IMG/VR virus record: IMGVR_UViG_3300045412_000261 | Coordinates: 1-64,000 of that record | Origin: a virus | Reading direction: 5' to 3' (one strand) | DNA: 64,000 nucleotides | Shown: in pieces, positions 9,036-19,208 of the stretch | How positions within the stretch are numbered: position 1 is the first letter of the stretch | Layout: each line of letters opens with the position of its first letter | Notes under the pieces: generated by a model | Databases searched by the model: none | Told to the model about the DNA's origin: nothing | The model's input: the letters and a program-made list of their open reading frames with translations, nothing else | Program-made: the position numbers and the translations under genes

Positions 9036-10406
9036 TTATAAGTTATTGTTTTGTTTTTCCAATTCTAAAAAGTCTAAAACAGGTTTATATCTATTAAAAT
9101 ATTTCGGGTATATTTCTTTGTACTCTCTCAATTGATATATATTATTCACCTTTACTAGATCTTTTTCATAAGTTGTTGAAATAGAACTTTCATCTTTAAT
9201 ATGTATTGTCCCAATATCGCTTCCATACAATCCGGGACTATAATTTTCAATAATAAAAGGAAATTTTTGTAGAAACTCAAACACTTCATTCACTTTAATC
9301 TTTTTCCACTCCATGCTAATTACTATCTTTTCATCTAAAACTATCTGATCTACTGGCGTATATTTGTAATTATGTCCAAAAATTCTATCTTCTAAGCAGA
9401 ATAGAGTATTAGGTTGTTCTTTTTTTATATAAAATTTGACTAGTTCTCTGTATTTTTTATCTCCTACAATATGTAAAGAATCGCAAAAAATTTCTAAAAA
9501 TCCAATAAAATCTATAAACTCTTCATCACTTGGTTGATTAATTTCAAAAGATATGTCAACAATGATTCCAATATTGTATTTTTTATTAGGAGATATGGCA
9601 TGATATTCATTTTGAAGTGGCATTCCTCCCCATTTCCTAATAAAATTTCTTGTTGATATGATGTTCTGCTCCTCCCATTCATCTGAATTTTTTCCAACCT
9701 GTGTGATAGTTGGATTAAATCTTGATCCCCTACATGTCATGTGATAAACAAATCCTTCCCATGTCTGTACGAATGTTGCTCCATTTAACATTAATCTATT
9801 CCAAATGTCAGAATCTTCTTTTGATTGAACATAGAATAAAGAATCATGTCCACCAATGCTTAAAAATTCTTCTTTATAGAAAGCCCATGGAGCAAAAACG
9901 CCTCCTGTTGTCTTCTCTTTTTTAGATGATTTTGTTTTCATGTTGTGGATAAGCTCTAAAAACTTATCCTCTATAAATGTTTCTGGCTCCGTTCCTAAAT
10001 CCACGGTTATTTTTTCATGCCCCGCTGGATGTAGTGGGGGCTCTACTCTAGTAAGTGATACGATAGTTTTTTTGTCTACCATGTTTGCTTCAATCGCATC
10101 TAATGCTCCCGGAGCTAAATACATGTCGCAATGCCATATAATGCATATATCATATATAGATCTTCTAATTAAAGCATCATACAATATGGTATGACCTAAT
10201 CTCGTATTCCCTTCATTACGCATAACTTTGAGAATAGGATTAACTAAAGATTCGCTATAAACCCATTCCCAAGTACCGTCAGTAGATGCGTCATCGGCAA
10301 AACAGATTTCAACTTCGTGATTCCCTTTATTTTTCATAATAGAATCATAAGACCATTTGAAATACTTTAAGTTATTTCTTCCTGGGACAATAAAACTAAT
10401 TTTCAT
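9036..10406 (-). CDS. GT2-family glycosyltransferase
   Basis: ISFIVPGRN, DDASTDGT, HCDM, GGHD and EDSD motifs. Confidence 0.88.
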   Translation of the reverse strand: MKISFIVPGRNNLKYFKWSYDSIMKNKGNHEVEICFADDASTDGTWEWVYSESLVNPILKVMRNEGNTRLGHTILYDALIRRSIYDICIIWHCDMYLAPGALDAIEANMVDKKTIVSLTRVEPPLHPAGHEKITVDLGTEPETFIEDKFLELIHNMKTKSSKKEKTTGGVFAPWAFYKEEFLSIGGHDSLFYVQSKEDSDIWNRLMLNGATFVQTWEGFVYHMTCRGSRFNPTITQVGKNSDEWEEQNIISTRNFIRKWGGMPLQNEYHAISPNKKYNIGIIVDISFEINQPSDEEFIDFIGFLEIFCDSLHIVGDKKYRELVKFYIKKEQPNTLFCLEDRIFGHNYKYTPVDQIVLDEKIVISMEWKKIKVNEVFEFLQKFPFIIENYSPGLYGSDIGTIHIKDESSISTTYEKDLVKVNNIYQLREYKEIYPKYFNRYKPVLDFLELEKQNNNL

Positions 10407-11406
10407 TTACTAGATTATTAAGTTTGTTTATAAAACGTTTTTTGAATATATCTTCATGGTAGTTCTCCTTATAGGAAAATAAAGTTTCCTCAGAACATGT
10501 ATTATAAAATGTAGGATTTGATAATTTCTTAATTATCTCCGCAGCTGCTTTTATGTCACCTAAATCCACAGTAGTGTATGGGTGAAGATATTCCTGAGTA
10601 TCCAATCCTCGATACCCAATACAAGGAATGCCTAAATATGCACAATTCAACGCAAATGTACCAGCAGCATGGGTTCTCATCAAGTGAACGCCAATCTTAG
10701 CTTTCACCGACAGTGTTTCTATAAAATGAGTCCAATCCATGTATGGAAAATGATTAATATCCGGGATTAGTTCCTCATCTTCTTTCTTTCTGCCCATTGA
10801 AGGAGCAAATATAGGAATTAGTGATGAAACTTCAGATTCCGATTTTGAGAAATATTTCCTACCGCTTAACGCTGTTAAAAATGAATCCATTCCACCATAC
10901 CAAGAACAGTAATTACCACCAATTACAATACCTTCTGCTTCATATTTTTTAGATACTATATGTTTAACAGTATCTTCAATCATTAGAGAAGGCATAACTA
11001 GACATTCTAGATTAGTAATTCCTTTGTAGTAACGAGAATCTGACGAATTATGACAGAGTAAAAAGTCACAAGTTCTAAGCGCATTGTAGAAATTAACTTG
11101 AGTTTCTACGTCGTAATCTTGCCAGTACCAATTAGGGCCTTCTTGCATCATACAGACTTTTTTAGCAAAATAAGTTTTAACAAACTCAATGTCTAAAAAA
11201 GGATTATTTTTTCCAGGAATAACAATAGCTAAGTCTAATTTTTTAAAAGATGGATTACTTTCTATATACTGTTTTATTAGTTTAGTATTAGAGGGAACAT
11301 TTAATGCATCTAAAGCAATGGACCATGCAACATCTGTTCTTGTGTTGTTAAAATCTCTAGGAAATTTGACAAAATTACCTATTTCGGATATTATAGCTAC
11401 TTTCAT
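10396..11406 (-). CDS. GT-B fold glycosyltransferase
   Basis: MKVAIIS start; C-terminal AAGTFALNCAYLGIPCIG motif. Confidence 0.65.
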   Translation of the reverse strand: MKVAIISEIGNFVKFPRDFNNTRTDVAWSIALDALNVPSNTKLIKQYIESNPSFKKLDLAIVIPGKNNPFLDIEFVKTYFAKKVCMMQEGPNWYWQDYDVETQVNFYNALRTCDFLLCHNSSDSRYYKGITNLECLVMPSLMIEDTVKHIVSKKYEAEGIVIGGNYCSWYGGMDSFLTALSGRKYFSKSESEVSSLIPIFAPSMGRKKEDEELIPDINHFPYMDWTHFIETLSVKAKIGVHLMRTHAAGTFALNCAYLGIPCIGYRGLDTQEYLHPYTTVDLGDIKAAAEIIKKLSNPTFYNTCSEETLFSYKENYHEDIFKKRFINKLNNLVNEN

Positions 11407-11409
11407 ATA

Positions 11410-11997
11410 TTATAGAACTTTACAGATAATTCCTTCGCTATCTACTAAAACAACACTGTTAAAAACATTATATCCAGCATCATGTCCAATATATTTTACA
11501 ACTGACATTCTATTATTATCAATAGTCTCGTCAACCGCTCTTTTTACTCCTTTTGTAGTAGGATGTCCATAATCATCAAAAACTACATATAAATCTTTAT
11601 TATTTTTTTTCATTCTAAGACATCTCTCAATATCTTCTTTTACATTTGGATAATCATGTACGCAGTCAATAAAGCATAAATCTATATCATATAATATAGT
11701 AATATATGTTGAATTAGAATAAGCATTTCCTACTATACATGAAATATTCTTTCTACCTCTATTATTCTCAATTACTTTTTTGATATTATCGTCGGAGTGA
11801 TCTATTGCATAGACTTTTTCGGCTATGTAGGATAATACTCTAGTCGTATATCCCCAGTTAGCTCCTATTTCTAGACATGTTTTTATGGATTTATCAGAAA
11901 AAAAATCTAGTAAATCCTTTTTAAATTTGTGAGATGTAGTGTTTTTATTATCCTTTTTATCTGGTATTCCCTGTAGGATTTCTTCATAATTATACAT
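11410..11997 (-). CDS. class I SAM-dependent methyltransferase (Methyltransf_24-like)
   Basis: CLEIGANWGYTT, YAID, DLCFIDCVHDY and VFDDY. Confidence 0.88.
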   Translation of the reverse strand: MYNYEEILQGIPDKKDNKNTTSHKFKKDLLDFFSDKSIKTCLEIGANWGYTTRVLSYIAEKVYAIDHSDDNIKKVIENNRGRKNISCIVGNAYSNSTYITILYDIDLCFIDCVHDYPNVKEDIERCLRMKKNNKDLYVVFDDYGHPTTKGVKRAVDETIDNNRMSVVKYIGHDAGYNVFNSVVLVDSEGIICKVL

Positions 11998-12919
11998 AAA
12001 ATAATCTTGTTAGTTTTTCGTAAAAAATATTATCTTGATTAACAATGAAATCCCGAAAAAGGTTACATTTATAATGATATTTATCCGGATTTCTATTTAT
12101 ATTAGAGACAACTTTGTGATATTCAGATGGAGATTCGACAAAATTCATATAGGCATCAGCTCCGAAAAAATCAATATCATAAGGATAGGTTACAATAGGA
12201 CATTTAGAAAAAGCTATTTCTGAATATCTATTATTAATCATACCTAATTCTCTTTGTCCTTTACCTATGATTGCAACAGCACTTTTTGCAGATTTATATA
12301 ATGACCCTATATTATTTGGTGGAAGCAATTCAATCCAATTCTTATGATTATTCCAGCCATTTCCATAAATAGAGATTACATCATTATGCTCAGAGAAAAA
12401 TATATTTCTTTCTAAATTATATGAATCATCCGTAAGTCTATTAAATCCCATTCCTAAAAATACACTTCTTTTATCATATTTAGGATTGTATTCTAATTCA
12501 TTATCTTCTATAGCTAAAAAATAATACTGAAAATTTTCTGCACAAACATTAGTATACAAGTCATCGTACATTTTTTTAGAGTTGGTAATTATTTTATCAT
12601 AGCATACTCCCCATCCTTTTACAATGCCTTCATATCCTAAAATGCCATTAGATGTTGCACATAATATTCTATTCCTACATTTTACATTTTTCATTATATT
12701 AAATGTAGCTGCATCTAACATCTCATAATAAATGACATCCGGATCTATTTCATCAATATTATTTTTATATTCTTCCGCATGTGTGTCGTCAATTTCAGAC
12801 ATGTTTAATTGTTGTAATAAAATGACTTCATATCCTTTTTCATGTAATCTCTTTCCCAACATTTCGGATAATTTATAATTACCCATGGGATACGGTTGAT
12901 GTATAATTAAAATTCTCAT
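11990..12919 (-). CDS. GT-B glycosyltransferase (CgeB/Glyco_trans_1_2-like)
   Basis: SVFLG, IYGNGW, LYKSAK and INNRYSEIA...PIVT. Confidence 0.75.
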   Translation of the reverse strand: MRILIIHQPYPMGNYKLSEMLGKRLHEKGYEVILLQQLNMSEIDDTHAEEYKNNIDEIDPDVIYYEMLDAATFNIMKNVKCRNRILCATSNGILGYEGIVKGWGVCYDKIITNSKKMYDDLYTNVCAENFQYYFLAIEDNELEYNPKYDKRSVFLGMGFNRLTDDSYNLERNIFFSEHNDVISIYGNGWNNHKNWIELLPPNNIGSLYKSAKSAVAIIGKGQRELGMINNRYSEIAFSKCPIVTYPYDIDFFGADAYMNFVESPSEYHKVVSNINRNPDKYHYKCNLFRDFIVNQDNIFYEKLTRLFYV

Positions 12920-13569
12920 TCTTGAAAAATTATTAGCATTTCCATATTATAAGGGCTAGTGGCATATACTGAATATCCATAAGAGTTTGCTATATTTTTT
13001 ATTGTCTCTAATGTAACATTTGTATAATCACATTTTCCATCTTGATTAGTTCCAAATAAATGCGCATCGTCAATAGCAATCAAATCATTTTCCTGCGCCG
13101 TTTCAAATATAAGTTCAAGTTCTTTTAGCAGAGGTACGTCCTCTTCTCCTCTAGCATACTTATCCGCTCCTGCATGAGCGTCTAACCAAAAACACATAGG
13201 TTCTTCTCTGTCTTTTAGAAAATCACGAAGAAAAGAAACGCTATCGTTCTTGTGTAACCATAACTTATCTGAAAAATAAGAACAAACGTCATTAAAATCA
13301 GTATCTTCGGTATCATCTGATAAAATAGCATCAAAAAATTCTCCCTTCTTCTCAATTTTCTTGAATCTGTTAGATGCTATCTTAGCGATTGATTCCCCTA
13401 ATTCTACTGTAATCCATTTGTCAAAATCGTCTAAACTTCCGTTGTGTCTAAGTGCTGTAAGCGCTGATCCTCCTTTAAAAGTACCTGTTTCTACAAATAT
13501 TTTAGGGCAAGGTCTTCTTAATTTTTCTTGAGCAATTGCATGGTAAAAGGCTGGTAAAATGTAACCCAT
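12916..13569 (-). CDS. class I SAM-dependent methyltransferase-like protein
   Basis: FVETGTFKGGS, ITVEL, DSV, FWLDAH, PLLKEL and IDD. Confidence 0.75.
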   Translation of the reverse strand: MGYILPAFYHAIAQEKLRRPCPKIFVETGTFKGGSALTALRHNGSLDDFDKWITVELGESIAKIASNRFKKIEKKGEFFDAILSDDTEDTDFNDVCSYFSDKLWLHKNDSVSFLRDFLKDREEPMCFWLDAHAGADKYARGEEDVPLLKELELIFETAQENDLIAIDDAHLFGTNQDGKCDYTNVTLETIKNIANSYGYSVYATSPYNMEMLIIFQE

Positions 13570-13581
13570 ATTATAATGTAT

Positions 13582-13842
13582 TTAAATAATTTCGTTGTCT
13601 GTCGCTTCATCAAAATATAAACCGTATAAATCAAATAAAATATCGGCTATTTCATTATCTATATCATTTATCCATTCAAAATTTCTATGATAATACATTT
13701 TTATAATTTCGTTTATCAATTCATCATCGTTTGAGGCCAATATGAAAGCTATATTTAAAGTTAAGTCTTCATCCTCTGTATTAGTTTTAAACCTCACAAG
13801 ATCCCTTATAGTTCTTTGTACTAATTGTAATTTTTCCTCCAT
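13582..13842 (-). CDS. small acidic hypothetical protein
   Basis: 86-aa D/E-rich ORF directly downstream of the GNAT-like gene. Confidence 0.55.
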   Translation of the reverse strand: MEEKLQLVQRTIRDLVRFKTNTEDEDLTLNIAFILASNDDELINEIIKMYYHRNFEWINDIDNEIADILFDLYGLYFDEATDNEII

Positions 13843-13844
13843 AT

Positions 13845-14753
13845 TTATTTAAATGTTAAATTGAACAGGTCTTTATCAATCTTATTTTTAACATAATCTT
13901 CTAATACTTTCATGCTATATGAGTTATCTGACAAATCAAAATAACCATCCCAATCTCCTCCTCTCTCTTTCCAAAAATTTCTTCCCGTTTCTGTTTTTAA
14001 GAAATCCTCTATTTTAGACACTTTTCCGTTTGGGTATAATTCATTGTACTCATCTATTAAATAAGAATAAGTGCTTTGGGCTGATCTATCCGGGATAAAG
14101 CCATATCTTAGGTAGGCATAATATCCTGTAGAATTGCCTCTTTTTAAGAATTCGCCTTCTATTTTTTTTATTTTACCAAAAGCCTTTAAGTTTGCTATTT
14201 GTCTAGTTAATATATTTAAACCTCCTCCTGAAACATTTTCTCCTTCTTTTTTTATAGTTCCTATAAATTTATTTATGAGTGTTTTAGTATTAAAATCATA
14301 TTCAGTTTCTATGTGATATCTTTTAGATTCAAATAAAAAATAAGTCTCTCCAGTATTTTTCTTTTTTATAACTACTCTCTCAATATCTGATAAATTTGTA
14401 TCCGGTGATATTCCGCTCATATAGGCTAATAGTCTAAATTCTCGCTCTGTTTTTTTAGTCATAAATTTTTCACTGTCTAGCTTTTTTTGTTTTTTCCAAG
14501 AAATTCTTTCGTCATCATCGCTCCCTCCAAAAAACATATTATCACTCCCTTCTTTGACTTCTTTGTAATTTAATACCTCTATTGGATACTTATAAGACTT
14601 TTTATCTACTTCGAAATCACTGACTGAAGAATACTTTTTTTCTGTTTTAGATAGATTTTTAACAATTTTGTTTAGGTTTTTTTCGTGTATCTTTAATTTT
14701 TTAAGACTTTTCTCTAAATCATTTAAAGTTTTTTTTATATCATCGGAAGCCAT
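13845..14753 (-). CDS. hypothetical protein with GNAT-like C-terminal domain
   Basis: SGGGLNILTRQI...GYYAYLRYGF resembles GNAT motifs A and B. Confidence 0.45.
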   Translation of the reverse strand: MASDDIKKTLNDLEKSLKKLKIHEKNLNKIVKNLSKTEKKYSSVSDFEVDKKSYKYPIEVLNYKEVKEGSDNMFFGGSDDDERISWKKQKKLDSEKFMTKKTEREFRLLAYMSGISPDTNLSDIERVVIKKKNTGETYFLFESKRYHIETEYDFNTKTLINKFIGTIKKEGENVSGGGLNILTRQIANLKAFGKIKKIEGEFLKRGNSTGYYAYLRYGFIPDRSAQSTYSYLIDEYNELYPNGKVSKIEDFLKTETGRNFWKERGGDWDGYFDLSDNSYSMKVLEDYVKNKIDKDLFNLTFK

Positions 14754-15783
14754 ATTCTTTCATTTTATTTAAAAAATCTTTATAGGTGTTTAATTTACTT
14801 TGCTTACTACGTCCGTCGTAGAGTTTATTTAGATTATCTCGATTCATATCTCTTACAATATTATACCAGTCTCCTTTTTTTCCTTGGGTGCTCTCTGTCT
14901 TATCAAATGCAGATAATACATATTTCCTTTTTTCCGGATGCTCTCTATTGTGTACTTTAAGTATGTGTTTTACTACATACTGAACAAACATTTTATCCAT
15001 GACCCTCATACATTCGTACATAAAGGCGGTATCTTCGCCACTCAATCCCCAGAATCCTAATGGAATATTTGCTCCAGCTTTTATTAAATCAGAACTTATG
15101 CATAGAAAACTTCCATCAAATTTAGGATGGTATAACAAATCAATTTCTTCATGTGACTCATATTTTTTATTTATTTCATCCATTTCATCTTTAGTCATAA
15201 CATATCTTATAGAATGTTTTTCAGTAAAACATCTAGGGTCAGACTTTTCATAATATGGTAAATCTGTAAATTCAATATGTTCTAAAGGCTTCCATGACTC
15301 ATCCCACATTTTCCTATCAGCAAATGTAGTAATATATCTGTAACAATTATCTAAAGCAGCAGCATCTCTTATTTCATCAAGTATACGAAAAGCGCAATGA
15401 GGTACTAAACAGTCGGTTTCTCCCCAAATAACCCAATCTACTTTATTAGCATATTTATAATTTAAGTCTCTTCGATAATTTACCATAGTATAAGGCTCAT
15501 TACCATATTTTTGAAAATCAGTTTGAATTATATTACAGTTAGTCTTTTCTTTTAGTAAACTGATTATTTTCATAAATTTCCAGACTATTTCAGCTAACCT
15601 ATCTTTACTTTCGCATACTTCAAAAGAATCGCATGTATTTAGTAGTAAATCTATGTAAATGTTTTCTTGATTTTCTATATCCTTTACCGAATCTATTATA
15701 CTTTCAATTAAATAAGGAAGCATGTCTATTTCATAAAACATAACATTTGTCCCTATAACATATTTATATTTTAGCTTAGTCAT
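14740..15783 (-). CDS. GT-A fold glycosyltransferase (GT2-like)
   Basis: DWVIWGETDC (DxD-like), GSFLCISSDL, GEDTAF and HNR. Confidence 0.65.
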   Translation of the reverse strand: MTKLKYKYVIGTNVMFYEIDMLPYLIESIIDSVKDIENQENIYIDLLLNTCDSFEVCESKDRLAEIVWKFMKIISLLKEKTNCNIIQTDFQKYGNEPYTMVNYRRDLNYKYANKVDWVIWGETDCLVPHCAFRILDEIRDAAALDNCYRYITTFADRKMWDESWKPLEHIEFTDLPYYEKSDPRCFTEKHSIRYVMTKDEMDEINKKYESHEEIDLLYHPKFDGSFLCISSDLIKAGANIPLGFWGLSGEDTAFMYECMRVMDKMFVQYVVKHILKVHNREHPEKRKYVLSAFDKTESTQGKKGDWYNIVRDMNRDNLNKLYDGRSKQSKLNTYKDFLNKMKEYGFR

Positions 15784-16516
15784 ATTTATTATTTAAAAAA
15801 TTAAAAGTTTCTTGCATCCAATAGGCAGGCGTTGGTTTAACCCCACCATTAAAATGATAAATCCAGCCAAAATTAGTGTGTAACATCTTCACGGTCAGGA
15901 CTTCAAATCTATTCATATCCTGCATATTATATTCATAAGGTAAATATGCTTTTTCAATATTATAAATTTCAGATAGGTAGTTTAAAATTGGTTGATCTTT
16001 ACCTACTCCATATCCTTGAAAATTCATTAATTTATCTCTATTTTCCGCATAAAAATATCTTACATCTTCAAAGAATTTATTATGAGACTTATTGAATATC
16101 ATAACTCCGGAATTAAAGTATCTAAAAGGACTAATACTTATTGATTTATTAAATAGAACATCGGAGCAATTTTCTATACTTCTACATACCCAATCCATAC
16201 ATCCAAAATTTCTGACTACTCCAAATTTATCTCCTGCTAAATCAAATATATAGGGCATTTTAGGATGTACTATAGTATCCGAATCTACATACAAAACTCG
16301 ATTATAGTCAATATTTTCCGCCCTTAGTATGTTTGGAATGAATATTTTATTCCATTGAAATCCTAAATCAGAAACAACTTCAGATGATATAGAAAATAAT
16401 TCTACATTATTAGCATCACACCATTTCTTCCAGGATTTTGAACTTATTGAATAGCCTTGATTAGCAGATCTCTCTGATTTATTTATTGCTATCTGAACAA
16501 CTATATCTTTACTCAT
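15776..16516 (-). CDS. GT8-like glycosyltransferase
   Basis: VLYVDSD, YFNSGVMIFN, DQPILN, LPYEYN and IYHF. Confidence 0.85.
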   Translation of the reverse strand: MSKDIVVQIAINKSERSANQGYSISSKSWKKWCDANNVELFSISSEVVSDLGFQWNKIFIPNILRAENIDYNRVLYVDSDTIVHPKMPYIFDLAGDKFGVVRNFGCMDWVCRSIENCSDVLFNKSISISPFRYFNSGVMIFNKSHNKFFEDVRYFYAENRDKLMNFQGYGVGKDQPILNYLSEIYNIEKAYLPYEYNMQDMNRFEVLTVKMLHTNFGWIYHFNGGVKPTPAYWMQETFNFLNNKYD

Positions 16517-17315
16517 AATATTTTTTTACTAAATCCCATGTCTTTGACATTAATTCATATCTATCTCCCCTAGTAGGGAATCCGCTGAACATCCAAAACC
16601 ATCCATATTTAATAAAGAAAGGCTCTTTATTTCCTAATTGCCAATTATGACTCATCCAATTAAAACGATATAAATGGGTGAGCATATAGGCGGGATTTAG
16701 AGATTCTAAATCAAATGGAATATTATTATCTTGTATAAAATAGTTAAATACAGGTTGGTCGGTACCTCTCTTTATTTTTTCATTCTCTAAAAACATAATT
16801 TCCTTATTCTTATCCTTAAATAGTTTTTCTAAATTAGAAAGAAATTCGTAATTTTTGGAGTTCAAAATAACATTTCCCGTACATATATATCTTTTTAAAT
16901 CAAAGTTAACAGAAAATAAATCTTTATACCCTTGTATTCCTTCGTTTATCCAATATAGATTTTCTAAAGATCTATGTCCATATACAATTTCAGGATTTAG
17001 GTCATGAAAATCCCATGGAGCAGGAGCATCCCATCGAATTATTGTAGACCCATCTACAGCCCATATCCAATTAGGAGTGATATTTTTATTTGTTATAACT
17101 TTTTTCATGTCAAACCATCTTTGCCAAGTAACTTTTGTTCCTGACTTTTCTGGATTATAATCTGACAATTCATAAGGTACAAAAATTGTATTATTCTTTT
17201 CGCACCACCATTCCCAAGATTTTCTTGATACGTCTAAATAATTAAATCCTCCATGTTTATCATTCATATGTGGGTCTTTATTTTTAACCCCAATCCAATA
17301 AACAACATTTTGCAT
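16509..17315 (-). CDS. GT8/GT34-like glycosyltransferase
   Basis: SWEWWCEKNN, WAVDG, YICTG and TDQPVFNY; paralogue-like to the downstream gene. Confidence 0.7.
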   Translation of the reverse strand: MQNVVYWIGVKNKDPHMNDKHGGFNYLDVSRKSWEWWCEKNNTIFVPYELSDYNPEKSGTKVTWQRWFDMKKVITNKNITPNWIWAVDGSTIIRWDAPAPWDFHDLNPEIVYGHRSLENLYWINEGIQGYKDLFSVNFDLKRYICTGNVILNSKNYEFLSNLEKLFKDKNKEIMFLENEKIKRGTDQPVFNYFIQDNNIPFDLESLNPAYMLTHLYRFNWMSHNWQLGNKEPFFIKYGWFWMFSGFPTRGDRYELMSKTWDLVKKYYE

Positions 17316-17318
17316 AAT

Positions 17319-17816
17319 CTATAATTTATTTTTGTTTCGCATCAAATACCCTAAATATTTACTCTTAGACTTCTTTTCGAGTATATAATTTCTGTGAATT
17401 TGATTTTTTGAATTGTTGCACCATTCTAAATTAGATACAGTATTATTTGTCTTTTTTCCATCTATATGATTTACTTGAGGATGATTTTCTGGATTGGGGA
17501 TAAAAGCCATTGCCACTGCTCTGTGCATAGCCACATTGAACCTAGATACAACGCCGGTATCCTTTGTCGGGTAAGAAAATCGAATCATTAAGTATCCTGA
17601 TGTTGTGAAAGATTGAGCTAAAATTGCTTCTTTTAAAGTGTATGATGAATAATTGTATTCTGAACCATTTTCTCTTCTTCTTTTTTGAACGCATAATCTA
17701 TCCATCCTTTTTACTCGACCTAAATTAGATACTTGATACCAATCCTCATAATTTGGAAAAGGCTTCCAAATCTCTCCAGGTAAAGGTTTCAAATCCATAT
17801 TTTCACGAATTTCCAT
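17319..17816 (-). mobile_element. free-standing NUMOD4-HNH homing endonuclease gene
   Basis: EIWKPFPNYEDWYQVSNLGRVK (NUMOD4); HRAVAMAFIPNPENHPQVNHIDGKKTNNTVSNLEWC (HNH). Confidence 0.9.
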
Positions 17817-17951
17817 AAAGTGAAATTAAAAAAATCGGGATGGATTTTCCATCATCTACGATAACTCGTTATTTTAACTTTTAAACTACCGATTCTAAAT
17901 TATTAACTAATTAATATATAATAGTTATATGACAAAATAAAAACAACATAC

Positions 17952-19208
17952 TTATATTAAACCAGAATTTATACCTGTTTGTTGAATTAACTCCCAATAT
18001 TTTTTACTTGCTGTACCTGATTTGTATACATCTGGTTTATTATAGGGTAATTCATCTATATAGTCGGCTTTGCAGAAAAACTCAGGATTTCCTTTAACTA
18101 CCCCGGCATTATGGAAGATATTGTTTCGGTACCAAGAATTTTCGTCATCTGTTGCCCAGGAAAAAGATAGGTTACCGTGTACAATTGTATTAGCATTCAT
18201 CTTCCATCCATTAAATAATATTGCCCACATGTCCGCACACCAAATTTGAAGTTCTTCATAGTTGGGATTTTCCTGCTTTTTTAAGTTGTTAATTGCTGTG
18301 ATATCTCTAAATAAATTCTCGGAGTCTCTTTCTACGTTATGCCAGAAATGATAGTCGATATTTTTGAGAATGTATTGTGCGCCTATATTATTATGATTGT
18401 TTGCTAATAATGTTTCTTGAGGTATATTAGCTATAAAGCAGACGGAATTAAGTACATCAATTCCTTTACTGTCTATATAATCATGAGAAAGATATGAATT
18501 ACAGTCAGAACCATACCAGTTACTATCCTGCACCATGTTATCACTAATCCACTCGTTTATAGGTCTTGTTAATACTATATCACAATCATGGTAGAATATA
18601 GCATCATTAACTAAATCAGGATTTCTTTCCCAGTGTTGTTTTAAAATATTAGGTCTTATAGAAGAAATATAATTTTTAGACTGTCTTGTATCCGGATAAA
18701 AATAATATCTAACCGAATTATATTTCATAATGAGCTTAAACCAAGGATGAGGAATGGTATTTGTCTCATCTAGTGCGCAAACAATATTAATTGCCGAAGG
18801 TTCTACTCCCATTGATAGGAAGTTTTCAATCATTACTTCTACTTGCCACGCATAATATAACGTAGCAGGTTGTGCGCAAATAAATTTTAAAGTAGATGGT
18901 GGAGCAGCTTGCATGGTAGGTACAGGTGGAGCAACATACTCAGGTATTTGATTCGCTAACTCCTTTATTTCATTCGACATGTTTTTATCTACTTCAGCCC
19001 ATTTACCTTCAGGACATGCGTTTTCTACCGGTGAATATATCTTACTTTTTAATAAACACCCACATACTCCACAATGAATAGTAGGAGATGTTTTCTTGTG
19101 TTCACAGGCATCACATATCGCTATGCGAGCCTCCGCTAATTTACTTTGCTTTTCGTTGGGGTTTAATTGTATTCCCCAGGATCTTAAAATCTCTACAAAT
19201 TTATTCAT
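17952..19208 (-). CDS. Cys-rich N-terminal domain fused to a peptidyl-Ser galactosyltransferase / Hyp-arabinosyltransferase (SERGT1/HPAT)-like GT-A domain
   Basis: CDAC...CGVCGC...CPEGKW; Pro-rich linker; YYAWQ, Y.SSIRP..LKQHW, FYHDCDI and WCADMW. Confidence 0.6.
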   Translation of the reverse strand: MNKFVEILRSWGIQLNPNEKQSKLAEARIAICDACEHKKTSPTIHCGVCGCLLKSKIYSPVENACPEGKWAEVDKNMSNEIKELANQIPEYVAPPVPTMQAAPPSTLKFICAQPATLYYAWQVEVMIENFLSMGVEPSAINIVCALDETNTIPHPWFKLIMKYNSVRYYFYPDTRQSKNYISSIRPNILKQHWERNPDLVNDAIFYHDCDIVLTRPINEWISDNMVQDSNWYGSDCNSYLSHDYIDSKGIDVLNSVCFIANIPQETLLANNHNNIGAQYILKNIDYHFWHNVERDSENLFRDITAINNLKKQENPNYEELQIWCADMWAILFNGWKMNANTIVHGNLSFSWATDDENSWYRNNIFHNAGVVKGNPEFFCKADYIDELPYNKPDVYKSGTASKKYWELIQQTGINSGLI

